This document shows, piece after piece, positions 52,589 to 62,526 of a stretch of DNA of 64,000 bases. The position numbers were made by a program, and so were the translations under genes. Origin of the DNA: an uncultured Gemmatimonadales bacterium (GTDB lineage Bacteria > Gemmatimonadota > Gemmatimonadetes > Gemmatimonadales > GWC2-71-9); NCBI GenBank assembly GCA_963825055.1, contig CAWGSK010000013.1, forward strand, positions 224,001-288,000, given 5' to 3'. Positions within the stretch are counted from its first letter, which is position 1. The number at the start of each line of letters is the position of its first letter. The notes under the pieces were generated by a model. That model was not told the origin of the DNA. It saw nothing but the letters and a program-made list of their open reading frames with translations, and searched no databases.

Positions 52589-53957
52589 TATCCCCACCAA
52601 CCTCAAAATGTCGTTCGAAAACACAAACACCATCAGCAGCACGATCATCACCAGCCCGACCGCCGTCAGGCGCTCCCGCACCTTGAGGCTGAGCGGCTTG
52701 CGCTGGACGGCCTCCGCCACCAGGAAGAGGAACTGACCGCCGTCCAGCACGGGGATAGGCAGGAGGTTCAGCACCGCGAGGTTCACCGAGATCAGCGCCA
52801 TGAAGGCGATGAAGACATCCCAGCCGAGCTGGGCACTCTGGCCGGCCATCTGCGCGATCGCGATCGGGCCGCCCAGCTGGCGGCCGCTCACCCGCCGGGT
52901 GGCGATCCCGCGCACGGTGCGCACGATGAGCGTGGACGCCGCGATGGTCTGATCGGTGCCTGCCGCGAGCGCGCCGCCCACGGAAAGGGCCCGGTGTTCG
53001 ATCCCCCGGTCCACGCCAATGCCGATCTGGCCCCGCTGTGTCTCCGAGCCGTCGGCCGCGGTGTCCGTGACCGCCTCCGGCACGAGGGTCAGGGTGGCGT
53101 GCCCGGAGGCCCGGCCGATCTCGAGCGACAGGGACTCGCCCGGATGGGGGCGGATCTTGCCGACCATGTCGTACCACTGGATCACCGGCTCACCGTTGAC
53201 GGCGAGGACGGTGTCGCCCCGCGCGAGGCCGGCCTTCGCCGCGGGGGAGCCGGGCTGGACCAGCCCGACCACCGCCGGCTGCCAGGGCTGCACCGCCTGC
53301 CCGAGCGCCAGCCGATCCTCCAGCGCATCGACGTGCACCGGAATGGTGACATCGGGCTTGCCGGCCCGCTGCACCACCACTTCGCGTCCCGGGTGCCGAC
53401 TGGAGCTCGGCATTCACGTCGTTCCAGTTCTCCACCGGCCGGCCGTTGATCGCCACGATGCTGTCGCCCGGCTGGAGCGCCGCGACCGGTTGCACCGACT
53501 CGGGGAGTCCCGCGGTGATCACCTCGCCCACCCGCGTGGTCGGCAGGATCTCCGCGCCCTTGATGAGCGCAATACTGGTGTAGGCCACCCACGCGAACAC
53601 GAGGTTCATGGTGACACCGGCCAGGATGACGATCATCCGCACCCAGACCGGCTTCGCCTCGAAGACCCGGTCCGGCGGCACCTGGGCGTTGTCCGCCCCG
53701 CCCTCCAGCACGCTGTTCGAGGTGTCCTCCTCCCGGCTCGCCATCTTCACGTACCCGCCCAGCGGAAGCCAGGAGACGGAGTACTCCGTCTCGCCCCGCT
53801 TCCGGGTGAGCCAGCGGATCGGGGCGCCCAGGCCCAGGGAGAACCGGTGCACCCAGATACCGGCCGCCTTGGCGGCCATGAAGTGCCCCGCCTCGTGCAC
53901 GAAGATGAGGACGCCCAGGACGACAATCAGGGCGGCCAGGCTGATCAGAAAGGTCAC
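52586..53957 (-). CDS. rseP: RIP metalloprotease RseP; apparent +1 frameshift near 53388-53393
   Basis: HEAGH and LPLGGYVKM in ORF 53190-53957; second PDZ and NLLPIPVLDGG in ORF 52586-53413. Confidence 0.9.
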
Positions 53958-55075
53958 GACAATACCTCGCGGGCCCGGGCGCGGGCCCAGGTGTCCGCAT
54001 CGCAGACGACGTCGAGCGACGTGGCGGGTTCCGGACGGTGCTCGTCCAGGACCCGGGTGATCGTCTCGACGATACGGGAAAACGGAACCTCGTGATTCAG
54101 GAAGGCGGCGACCGCCACCTCGTTGGCCGCGCTGAATACCGCGGGGGCGGTACCGCCGGCCCGCCCGGCCCCCACCCCAGCGGCGAACGCGCCGAAGACA
54201 TCCGTCCGCACCGGCTCGAACGTGAGCGCGGAAGCGGCCACCGGATCGAACCGCGGCACGCCCTGGTCGGGCAGCCGCCCCGGGTGGGTCAGGGCGTAGA
54301 GGATCGGGAGCTCCATGGTGGGAAAGCCGAGCTGCGCGATCACGCTGCCATCGCAGAACTCCACGAAGGCGTGCACGATACTCTGCGGGTGCACGACCAC
54401 CTCGAGCCGGTCGTAGGGCAGCCCGAAGAGGTGATGCGCCTCGATGACCTCCAGCGCCTTGTTCGCGAGCGTGGCGCTGTCCACCGTGATCTTGTCACCC
54501 ATGTTCCAGGTCGGGTGCTTGAGCGCGTCGGCCACGGTCGCCCGTCCCACCGCCTCGGCGCTCCAGTCACGGAACGGGCCGCCGGACGCCGTGAGGATGA
54601 GGCGCTCGAGCGCGGAATCCCGGCCCTGGAGGCACTGGAGCACGGCGCTGTGCTCGGAGTCCACCGGCACGAGTTCCCCGCCCCCCTCGCGCGCCGCCTG
54701 GAGCATCAGCTCACCAGCCAGCACCAGCGATTCCTTGTTGGCCAGGGCGACCCGCTTGCCCGCCCGGAGCGCCGCAAGTGTTGCCTCCAGGCCGGCAGCG
54801 CCCACCACGGCATTAACCACGATGTCCGCGTCCGGATGGGTGGCGGCCTCCACCAGGACGTCCTTCCCCTGGCGGATCCGGCCATTGCAGGCGGGGTCGG
54901 GCTCGACCAGGCCGGCCAGCGCCGGGCGCCATTCGGCCGCCTGCGCCTCGAGCAGCACGCGGTTCTTCCCCGCGGTGAGCGCGACCACGCGGAATGCCCC
55001 CGCGTGACGGCCGAGCACGGCCAGCGTGCTCCGCCCGATGGAGCCGGTGGAGCCGAGGATGGCCACCCCGCGCAT
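53954..55075 (-). CDS. dxr: 1-deoxy-D-xylulose 5-phosphate reductoisomerase
   Basis: ILGSTGSIG, LANKESLV, PVDSEHSA, LTASGGPF, HPTWNMG. Confidence 0.97.
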   Translation of the reverse strand: MRGVAILGSTGSIGRSTLAVLGRHAGAFRVVALTAGKNRVLLEAQAAEWRPALAGLVEPDPACNGRIRQGKDVLVEAATHPDADIVVNAVVGAAGLEATLAALRAGKRVALANKESLVLAGELMLQAAREGGGELVPVDSEHSAVLQCLQGRDSALERLILTASGGPFRDWSAEAVGRATVADALKHPTWNMGDKITVDSATLANKALEVIEAHHLFGLPYDRLEVVVHPQSIVHAFVEFCDGSVIAQLGFPTMELPILYALTHPGRLPDQGVPRFDPVAASALTFEPVRTDVFGAFAAGVGAGRAGGTAPAVFSAANEVAVAAFLNHEVPFSRIVETITRVLDEHRPEPATSLDVVCDADTWARARAREVLS

Positions 55076-55941
55076 CAGATGATCCCGAGGAGCTTGTACA
55101 GGAGGGCTGCGGTGGGCACCACGAAGTACAGTGAGTCGAGTCGATCCAGCACGCCGCCGTGCCCGGGGATCAGCGCGCTGGAGTCCTTCACCCCGGCCTC
55201 GCGCTTGAAGAGTGATTCTGCCAGGTCGCCCAGCTGGCCGATGACGGTCCAGATCCCGGCCAGCAGGAGGAGTTGCCAGAGCGGAATCACGACGCCGAAT
55301 GGCTCGAGGGCCAGCCGGCCGAAGAGTGGCGCCACCGCCATGCCGGCCACGATCCCGGCGATGGTGCCCGAGCGGGTCTTCCCGGGGCTCACGGTGGGCG
55401 CCAGCTTCGGGCCGCCCATCGCTTTGCCCCCGAACATCGCCGCCGTATCGCACACCCACGTCACGACGAGCGGGAAGAAGACCAGCCACGCGCCGCGCCA
55501 CGACTTGAGGCCGTCCTGGCTGTGGCGGATCACGATCAGGAACGCCGGCAGCAGGCCGGCGTAGAGCACGCCGAAGACCGTCACCGCCACCGCGCTGAGC
55601 GGCCGCTCGCCGGGCGCGCGGCGCAGCAGGGCCCACACCATCAGGCCCAGCAGCCACATGGCGCCGGCGTAGAAGCCGAAGGCCAGGATCCACCAGGAAC
55701 GGTCCAGCGCGGAGAGGGCGAGGTAGCCGACCGGGGCGAAGACGACCACCGTCAGCATGCCGAGTTCCTGGGCCGGCTCGATCCGCTGGCGCCGGGCGAA
55801 GTCGAACACCTCGCGGGTACCCAGAACGCCGGCGAAGGCCACGAGCGCGGCCAGGGGCCAGCCGCCGTAGAAAACCACGGCGAGGGCCACGGGGATGGCA
55901 ACGGCCGCGAAGAGCACGCGGCGGACCAGGTTGCTGTCCAT
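55075..55941 (-). CDS. cdsA: Phosphatidate cytidylyltransferase
   Basis: SPGKT, GDLAESLFKREAGVKDSSALIPGHGGVLDRLDS. Confidence 0.95.
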   Translation of the reverse strand: MDSNLVRRVLFAAVAIPVALAVVFYGGWPLAALVAFAGVLGTREVFDFARRQRIEPAQELGMLTVVVFAPVGYLALSALDRSWWILAFGFYAGAMWLLGLMVWALLRRAPGERPLSAVAVTVFGVLYAGLLPAFLIVIRHSQDGLKSWRGAWLVFFPLVVTWVCDTAAMFGGKAMGGPKLAPTVSPGKTRSGTIAGIVAGMAVAPLFGRLALEPFGVVIPLWQLLLLAGIWTVIGQLGDLAESLFKREAGVKDSSALIPGHGGVLDRLDSLYFVVPTAALLYKLLGII

Positions 55942-56678
55942 CAGGCCATGACGCGGCCGAACCGCCGGTCCCGCCGCTGGAAGTCCAGAATGGCCTCGAA
56001 GAGGTGCTGGCGGGTAAAGTCCGGCCACAGGACCGGGGTCACCCAGATTTCGGCGTAGGCCAGCTGCCAGAGGAGGAAGTTGGACAGGCGCATTTCGCCG
56101 GAGGTGCGGATGAGCAGGTCGGGGTCGGGCCAGGGCGCGGTGTAGAGTTCCGCTGCCACGGCGGCCTCGTCGATCTGCGCGGGGTCCAGCGTGCCCTCCG
56201 CCACGCGCTCGGCAAGGTGCCGGGCGGCGCGCGTCAGCTCGGCGCGGGAACCGTACGAGATGCAGATATTGAGGGCGAGCCGGGTGCCGCCGGCGGTGGC
56301 CGAGACGATGCGCTTGACCGCGTCGAGCGCGGCGGGGCTCAGGCGCGAGAGGTCGCCGAGCATGCGGACGGCGACGCCCTGGGCGCAGAGCTCATCCACC
56401 TCGCGGGCGATGTACTCCTGCAGCAGCGCCATCAGGGCGTCGATCTCCTCGGGCGGCCGCTGCCAGTTCTCCTGGCTGAACGCGAAGAGTGTCAGCACCT
56501 CCACGCCCGCCGCCAGACAGCCCTCGACCACCTCGCGCACGGCCTTCATGCCCTCCTGGTGCCCGAGCGGGCGGGGGAGGGAGCGGGTGCGGGCCCAGCG
56601 GCCGTTCCCGTCCATGATGATCGCGATATGGGCCGGTACCGCCCCGTTGACGCGAACGCGCTCCAGCAGGTCTTCCAT
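55941..56678 (-). CDS. uppS: Undecaprenyl diphosphate synthase
   Basis: HIAIIMDGNGRW, FSQENW, DLLIRTSGEMRLSNFLLWQ. Confidence 0.97.
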   Translation of the reverse strand: MEDLLERVRVNGAVPAHIAIIMDGNGRWARTRSLPRPLGHQEGMKAVREVVEGCLAAGVEVLTLFAFSQENWQRPPEEIDALMALLQEYIAREVDELCAQGVAVRMLGDLSRLSPAALDAVKRIVSATAGGTRLALNICISYGSRAELTRAARHLAERVAEGTLDPAQIDEAAVAAELYTAPWPDPDLLIRTSGEMRLSNFLLWQLAYAEIWVTPVLWPDFTRQHLFEAILDFQRRDRRFGRVMA

Positions 56679-56682
56679 GCGG

Positions 56683-57237
56683 CTAGACTACCATGATCTC
56701 CGCTTCCTTCGCGGCCATGATTTCCTCGATCTGCCCGGTATGCTCGTCCGTGAGCTTCTGGACGTCCTTCTCCGCCCGGGTCTTGTCGTCCTCGGACACC
56801 TTCTCCAGCTTCTTGATGGCGTGCATCGCCTCGGTCCGGGCGTGCCGCACTCCAATCCGTCCTTCTTCGGCCAGCTTGTGCACCAGCTTCACCAGCTCGC
56901 GACGGCGCTCCTCGGTGAGCGCGGGAATGGGCACCCGGATGATGCCGCCCTGGCTGGCCGGGTTGAGCCCCAGGTCGGCGTCACGGATGGCCTTCTCGAT
57001 CGCCTGCGTGACGCCCTTGTCGAAGGGCTGCACCGTCAGCATCCGCGGCTCGGGCGCCGCCACGAGGGCGACCTGGTTGAGCGGCACGTGGCTGCCGTAG
57101 GCGTCGACGCGGACCAGGTCGAGCAGCTGCGGGCTCGCCTTGCCGCTCCGGATGGTCTGCAGCTCCCGCTTGGTGCTCTCGATCGCCTTGTGCATGGCTT
57201 CGCGGGCGTGCTGCACGACTTCGGGGATGGTGCTCAT
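56683..57237 (-). CDS. frr: Ribosome recycling factor
   Basis: [25 protein letters not shown]. Confidence 0.97.
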   Translation of the reverse strand: MSTIPEVVQHAREAMHKAIESTKRELQTIRSGKASPQLLDLVRVDAYGSHVPLNQVALVAAPEPRMLTVQPFDKGVTQAIEKAIRDADLGLNPASQGGIIRVPIPALTEERRRELVKLVHKLAEEGRIGVRHARTEAMHAIKKLEKVSEDDKTRAEKDVQKLTDEHTGQIEEIMAAKEAEIMVV

Positions 57238-57950
57238 CGTACGATCGTCCCTACCCGGTCCCCCTGCAGGATCTGGTGCACGGCGCCGGGACGGTTGAGG
57301 TTGAAGACGATGATCGGCAGGTTGTTGCCCATGCAGAGTCCGAACGCGGTCGCGTCCATCACCGCGTACTGTTTGACGAGTGCTTCCTGGAAGGACAGCT
57401 CGGGCATGAACTCCGCTGAGGAATCCTTCCGCGGGTCAGCGGTGTAGATCCCGTCCACGTTGGTGCCCTTCAGGATCACCTCCGCCTCGATCTCCAGCGC
57501 GCGGAGGACCGCGGCGGTGTCGGTCGAAAAGTACGGGTTGCCCGTCCCGCCCGCAAAAATCACGAGCCGGCCCTTTTCCAGGTGGCGGATGGCGCGCCGG
57601 CGGATATACGGCTCCGCCAGCGATTCCATGCGGATCGCGGTCATGACCCGCGTATCCACGCCCCGCTTCTCCAGGATGTCCTGCAGCGCCAGCGCGTTGA
57701 TGACCGTCGCCAGCATGCCCATGTAGTCCGCGGCCACGCGATCGAGGCCCTCGCTGCTGGCCTTCGCGCCCCGCATGATGTTGCCGCCGCCCACCACCAC
57801 GCAGAGGCGGACGCCGCTCTCATGCACCTGCTTGAGCTCGTCCGCCAGCTGCTCGACCACGCGGTAATCGAGGCCGAACCCCTTTTCTCCCGCCAGGGCC
57901 TCCCCCGACAGCTTGAGCAGGGCGCGCTGGTAGGCCGGGGGCACGCTCAC
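57234..57950 (-). CDS. pyrH: UMP kinase
   Basis: [31 protein letters not shown]. Confidence 0.97.
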   Translation of the reverse strand: MSVPPAYQRALLKLSGEALAGEKGFGLDYRVVEQLADELKQVHESGVRLCVVVGGGNIMRGAKASSEGLDRVAADYMGMLATVINALALQDILEKRGVDTRVMTAIRMESLAEPYIRRRAIRHLEKGRLVIFAGGTGNPYFSTDTAAVLRALEIEAEVILKGTNVDGIYTADPRKDSSAEFMPELSFQEALVKQYAVMDATAFGLCMGNNLPIIVFNLNRPGAVHQILQGDRVGTIVR

Positions 57951-58552
57951 TCCTCGCCGATCTTGAACCGCGCGAAGCGCCGGACCGAAACGGCCTCGCC
58001 CAGCTTGCCGGAGATCTCCTTGATCATCTGGCCGACCGTCTTCGAATCGTCCTTGACGTACGGCTGTTCGGTCAGGGCGCGCTCCGCGATGAACTTGCGG
58101 ATCTTGCCCTCCACGATCTTGCCCCGCACGGCCTCCGGCTTGCCCTCCGCCACCACCTGCTCCTCGGCGATCCGCCGCTCGCGGGCCACGAGGTCCTCGG
58201 GCACGTCCCCGGGCGCCACCGCGATCGGGTCGGCGCTGGCCACGTGGAGCGCGAGATCGCGCGCCAGGGCCTGGAAGTCATCCGTGCGCGCCACGAAGTC
58301 GGTCTCGCAGTTCAGCTCGAGCAGCACGCCCACCTGCTGGTTGTGGTGGATGTAGCTCACCACCACACCCTCGCCGGCGCTGCGCCCGCTCCGCTTCTCC
58401 GCCTTGGCGATGCCCTTCTTGCGGAGCAGCTCGCCCGCCTTGTCCAGGTCGCCGCCGCTCTCTTCCAGTGCGCGCTTGCAATCCATCATGCCGGCGCCGG
58501 TGCGCTGGCGCAGTTCGCTGATGTCCTTTGTCGAAATCGTCGTGCTTGCCAT
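57947..58552 (-). CDS. tsf: Elongation factor Ts (short form)
   Basis: [26 protein letters not shown]. Confidence 0.97.
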   Translation of the reverse strand: MASTTISTKDISELRQRTGAGMMDCKRALEESGGDLDKAGELLRKKGIAKAEKRSGRSAGEGVVVSYIHHNQQVGVLLELNCETDFVARTDDFQALARDLALHVASADPIAVAPGDVPEDLVARERRIAEEQVVAEGKPEAVRGKIVEGKIRKFIAERALTEQPYVKDDSKTVGQMIKEISGKLGEAVSVRRFARFKIGEE

Positions 58553-58639
58553 CGGTCCCTCTGGTGGATAGTAAGACCGCCGCCCCAGGCCGGGGGGCCG
58601 TGGAGCGGCGGTGGTGTCGTCGGCGCGGGCCCGGCCGGC

Positions 58640-59551
58640 TTACGCGTCCGTGTCGCCCGCGGGCGATGCTGCCGCCTCGGAATCGGCGCCTTCCCCGGCG
58701 TCCGCCTCCGCCGGTTCGTTCTTCATGCGGGCCGCGATCGCCTCCGGCTTCGGCCGCCGCTTCCGGCGGGGACGGCGACGGCGCCGCTCGGCGTCCACAT
58801 CGCCCTCGCTCCCGGCGTCGGTGCTGTAGGTCTCGGCCTCGACGTCCTCGGACTGCTCGCGCGCCGGGGCCTGCGCCCGTGCCTCGCGGATCGCGTCACC
58901 CAGCGCTCCGGTGATCAGCGAGACCGCCCGGATCGCATCGTCGTTGCCGGGAATCGGCACCGTGATCACGTCGGGGTCGGCGTTGGTGTCCACGATCGCC
59001 ACCACCGGGATCCCGAGCTTGTTCGCCTCGGCCACGGCAATCCGCTCCTTGCGCGCGTCCACCACGAACAGCGCGCCGGGCAGCCGGCCCATCTGCTTGA
59101 TGCCCTCGAGGTTGCGGCTCAGCTTCTCCCGCTCCCGCTCGAACAGCAGCTTTTCCTTCTTCGTGTAGTTCTCGAACTCGCCCTCGGCCTCGCCCTGCTC
59201 CAGCTCCTTGTACCGCCGGATCTGCTTCTTGATCGTCTGGAAGTTCGTCAGCATCCCGCCCAGCCAGCGCTCCGTCACCCAGTAGGCGCCGCAGTTCTGC
59301 GCCTCCGCCTGGACGATGCCCTTCAGCTGGCGCTTGGTGCAGACGAACAGGACGTTCTCGCCGCGCAGGATCACGCTGCGGAGCAGTTCCTCCGCCTTGC
59401 CGATCTGCCGGAGCGTCTTCTGCAGGTCAATGATGTAGATCCCCGAGCGCTCGGCGAAGATGAACCGGCGCATCTTGGGATTCCAGCGGCGGGTCTGGTG
59501 GCCGAAGTGGACTCCGGCTTCAAGCAGGTCGGTCAGTTGCGGCTGTGGCAT
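58640..59551 (-). CDS. rpsB: 30S ribosomal protein S2
   Basis: LLEAGVHFGHQ, RWLGGMLTN, DTNADP, PGNDDAIR. Confidence 0.97.
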   Translation of the reverse strand: MPQPQLTDLLEAGVHFGHQTRRWNPKMRRFIFAERSGIYIIDLQKTLRQIGKAEELLRSVILRGENVLFVCTKRQLKGIVQAEAQNCGAYWVTERWLGGMLTNFQTIKKQIRRYKELEQGEAEGEFENYTKKEKLLFEREREKLSRNLEGIKQMGRLPGALFVVDARKERIAVAEANKLGIPVVAIVDTNADPDVITVPIPGNDDAIRAVSLITGALGDAIREARAQAPAREQSEDVEAETYSTDAGSEGDVDAERRRRRPRRKRRPKPEAIAARMKNEPAEADAGEGADSEAAASPAGDTDA

Positions 59552-59585
59552 GCGAGTCCTGGTATCCTGTCTTCCTGGGGGTTTG

Positions 59586-59658
59586 TCGTCCATCGCCTTC
59601 ACCTGTCCGGCCCGAACCCCGAAGGGCACCCCGGGCCGCCATCCGGCGATGTGTGAGT
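59586..59658 (-). ncRNA. rpsB leader (t44/S2 autoregulatory element)
   Basis: CACACATCGCC...CCGGGGTGCCCTTCGGGGTTCGG...GGCGATGG in the rpsB 5' UTR resembles the E. coli t44 core as I recall it. Confidence 0.7.
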
Positions 59659-59699
59659 TGTCCTGCATCGGCAGGGGCGGGACTGCCCGCCCGCGCCGG

Positions 59700-60101
59700 T
59701 TACCGCTTGCTGAACTGGAACCGCTTCCGGGCGCCCGGACGTCCGGGCTTCTTCCGTTCCACGGCCCGCGGGTCACGCGTGAGGAGGCCGGCCGCCCGGA
59801 GTTTCGTCCGGTGCGTCTCGTCCGCCTGCACCAGCGCCCGGGCGATGCCGAGCCGGAGCGCGCCGGCCTGGCCGGTCATGCCGCCGCCATCCACATGCGC
59901 CTTCACGTCGAACGCGCCGAGCGTGTCGGTCGCGCCGAAGGACTGCTGGATGTGCTGCACCAGGGAGGGACGGGGGAAATAGTCCCCCAGGGTCCGCCCG
60001 TTGATGTCCCACTTGCCGGTGCCCGGCGTCAGGTAGACGCGCGCGACACTCGTCTTCCGACGGCCCACCGCGTTCCAGCGAAACTCGTTGCCAGCGCTCA
60101 T
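59700..60101 (-). CDS. rpsI: 30S ribosomal protein S9
   Basis: GRRKTSVARV, GGGMTGQAGA, RDPRAVERKK, QFSKR. Confidence 0.98.
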   Translation of the reverse strand: MSAGNEFRWNAVGRRKTSVARVYLTPGTGKWDINGRTLGDYFPRPSLVQHIQQSFGATDTLGAFDVKAHVDGGGMTGQAGALRLGIARALVQADETHRTKLRAAGLLTRDPRAVERKKPGRPGARKRFQFSKR

Positions 60102-60550
60102 GCGTTCACCTTCCGGGGTGCGATCTCGTACGGGGTCGGCTGCTGCGCCTCATGCGGGTGCTGCGCGCCGGCGTAGACCTTGAGCTTGCCGCGCAGGTGC
60201 TGCCGCGCCAGGGACGTCTTGGGGAGCATGCCGAACACGGCGCGGCGGATCACCCGGTCCGGGTGCTTCTCGAAGACCTCGCGGATCGGCACATGCTTCT
60301 CATGGCCCATGTAGCCGGTGTGCTTGAAGTGGGTCTTCTGCTCCATCTTCCGGCCGGTCAGCTTCACCTGTTCCGCGTTGATCACCACCACGAAGTCGCC
60401 CCCGTCCATATGGGGCGTAAAGGTCGGCTTGTGCTTGCCGCGAATGAGCTGCGCGACGACGCTCGCCAGACGGCCGAGCGGGACGCCCGCGGCGTCCACG
60501 ACATGCCAGTCGTGCGAAATGTCAGCCGGCTTGGCGGAATAGGTCTTCAT
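60098..60550 (-). CDS. rplM: 50S ribosomal protein L13
   Basis: WHVVDA, LGRLAS, GKHKPTFTPH, GMLPK, HPHEAQQP. Confidence 0.98.
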   Translation of the reverse strand: MKTYSAKPADISHDWHVVDAAGVPLGRLASVVAQLIRGKHKPTFTPHMDGGDFVVVINAEQVKLTGRKMEQKTHFKHTGYMGHEKHVPIREVFEKHPDRVIRRAVFGMLPKTSLARQHLRGKLKVYAGAQHPHEAQQPTPYEIAPRKVNA

Positions 60551-60610
60551 TGCTGCACGTCGCCCTGGGTTGAACTTGGGACTCCAAAATGAGTTATGGC
60601 ACAGACTCGC

Positions 60611-60640
60611 AAAATAGTCCGAGGCCGAGGGGTGGGTCAA
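60611..60640 (-). promoter_or_regulatory. sigma70-type promoter of rplM-rpsI
   Basis: TTGACC-18-TATTTT on the minus strand. Confidence 0.6.
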
Positions 60641-60651
60641 GGGACAGGACG

Positions 60652-60802
60652 GGCGGTCGGGCGGTCGGGCGGTCAGGCGGTCAGGCGGTCAGGCGGTCAG
60701 GCGGGCGGGCGGTCGTCGCCGGAGGCGACGGGATGCCGAGCAGCGGCTTCAGCCGCGTGGACAGAGAGGAACGACTCAACCCCGATACCCCATCCCCGAC
60801 TA
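60652..60802. repeat. Repeat locus I (GGCGGTC[A/G] octamer x8 / short CCCCGA-like arm at the accB stop)
   Basis: Octamers at 60652-60715; accccgataccccatccccga-cta at 60779-60802. Confidence 0.85.
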
Positions 60803-61297
60803 ACCAAACTCCACCAGCACCGCCCCCTTCTCCACCGCCTGCCCCCCGCGCACCAGGACCCTCGCCACGATCCCGTCCGCCGGGCTCCGGAGCTCGTTCT
60901 GCATCTTCATCGCCTCCAGGAGCACCAGCGGTTGTCCCGCTTTAACCTGTTGTCCTTCCTTTACTTCGACCTTCACCACCAGGCCGGGCATCGGGGCCGA
61001 GAGCTTCGCGGGACCTTTCGGGCCTTCCACCGCCCCGGTGAGGCTCCGGACATGGCGGGTCCGCTCGTCCACTACCTCAACCGGCCAGTGTTCCCCCAGC
61101 CGGCCGATCTGCCACGTCCCGCGACCGGTGGACGTCAGGGTCATCGTCACCGAGCGGTCGTCCAGGAGGAGGTGGCTCAGGGGAGTCCCGGGTACGGCGC
61201 CCAGATGGGCGCTCAGCTCCCGGCCATCAACCCGGACCCGGTCGCCCTCCACCTCCACCTCGATCTCCCGCCCGTTCAGGGTCACGAAATACTTCAC
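60800..61297 (-). CDS. Biotin carboxyl carrier protein
   Basis: APMPGLVV and LEAMKMQNE biotinylation motif. Confidence 0.92.
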   Translation of the reverse strand: MKYFVTLNGREIEVEVEGDRVRVDGRELSAHLGAVPGTPLSHLLLDDRSVTMTLTSTGRGTWQIGRLGEHWPVEVVDERTRHVRSLTGAVEGPKGPAKLSAPMPGLVVKVEVKEGQQVKAGQPLVLLEAMKMQNELRSPADGIVARVLVRGGQAVEKGAVLVEFG

Positions 61298-62526
61298 ACC
61301 GCCTCCAGGGCCGCCACGCTCTCCACGTGGGCGGTATTGGGGAACAGGTCGAAGCTCCGGAGCGCCCTCAAGGCATACCGGTCGGCGAGCCGGGCCAGGT
61401 CCCGGGCAAGGGTCGCCGGATCACAGGAAACGTAGACGACCAGGCGGGCCCCGCTCGCCGCGATCGCCTGGATGGCACCCTTCTCCATGCCGGTGCGGGG
61501 CGGGTTGGTGATCACCACATCCGGGGGCGAAAGGGTTCCGGCCTCGTCCTCCACCCGCCCGCGCACCAGCCTCGGCGCCGACGGGAAGGGACCGAGGCCT
61601 GCCAGGGTGCGGGAGGCGTGGGCCACGGCGTCCCGGTCCAGTTCCACGCTCTCCACCAGCGCGCCCGCGCGCGCCAGGAGCGCCGTCGTTTCCCCGATGC
61701 CGGCGTAGAGGTCCCAGACCCGCTCCCCGGCAACCGGCCCCGCCGCTTCGAGCGCCGCGCGCCGCACCCGGTCACCCATGGCGGGATGCACCTGCTCGAA
61801 CGCAAGCGCGGGAACGCCCTGCGCGGCGGCGGCGAGCGGGACGGCCGCCCCCTTCCCTGCCCTCCACCAGAGGGTCACACCTTCCGTCGCCATCAGCCGG
61901 GCCAGGTCACGTCCTGCCGACCCGGCCTCGCCTCCGGCTTCCACCACCAGGTGCCGTGCCCCGTCCCGGTCGAGCCGGAGCCGGATGCGGCCCGTCCCGG
62001 ACGGCAGCAGGTCGCGATGCGGCCGGAGCGCCGTCCAGATCCCGACGACTGCGGGATCGGTGATCGGGCATGTTCGCAGTTCGAAGACCTCGTCCGGGCG
62101 GTCATACCGGCGGAGGCCGATCGCTCCGCTCGCCCGGTCAACGGCCAGGGCAAGCCTGGTCCGGTATTCCCACTCCGCAGGCGACGCCTCGACGACGGGG
62201 TTCTCCACGTCAATCCGGCCCACCCGGCGCAGCGTCTCGCCGACCATCGCCGATTTCTCCCGGACCTGCGCGGGATAGGCGATGTGCTGGAGCTGGCACC
62301 CGCCGCACTCGTCTTCCGTGTAATGCGGGCAGGGTGGTTCGCGCCGGTCGGGACCGGGCTCCACCACGCGTCCCGCCCGCGCCCGGGCGAAGGAGCGCTT
62401 GACCTGGACGGCCGTCAGTTCGACGAGGTCGCCGGGAGCGGTACGGGGGACGAAGACGGTGCGGCCGTCGTCCATCCGGCCCACCCCATCGCCCCCCGAC
62501 GCGAGCCGGAGGATCCGGACGGTCAA
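61294..62526 (-). CDS. RNA m5U methyltransferase, RlmD/TrmA family, with TRAM domain
   Basis: CPHYTEDECGGC 4Fe-4S motif, DLYAGIG, NPPRTG, YVSCDPATLARD, DLFPNTAHVE. Confidence 0.9.
   Translation of the reverse strand: MTVRILRLASGGDGVGRMDDGRTVFVPRTAPGDLVELTAVQVKRSFARARAGRVVEPGPDRREPPCPHYTEDECGGCQLQHIAYPAQVREKSAMVGETLRRVGRIDVENPVVEASPAEWEYRTRLALAVDRASGAIGLRRYDRPDEVFELRTCPITDPAVVGIWTALRPHRDLLPSGTGRIRLRLDRDGARHLVVEAGGEAGSAGRDLARLMATEGVTLWWRAGKGAAVPLAAAAQGVPALAFEQVHPAMGDRVRRAALEAAGPVAGERVWDLYAGIGETTALLARAGALVESVELDRDAVAHASRTLAGLGPFPSAPRLVRGRVEDEAGTLSPPDVVITNPPRTGMEKGAIQAIAASGARLVVYVSCDPATLARDLARLADRYALRALRSFDLFPNTAHVESVAALEAV

Noticed and set aside
58576..58612. ACCGCCGC...GCGGCGGT hairpin between rpsB and tsf as a novel RNA
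   Set aside because: Short GC-rich stem in a common intercistronic position, with no further supporting structure
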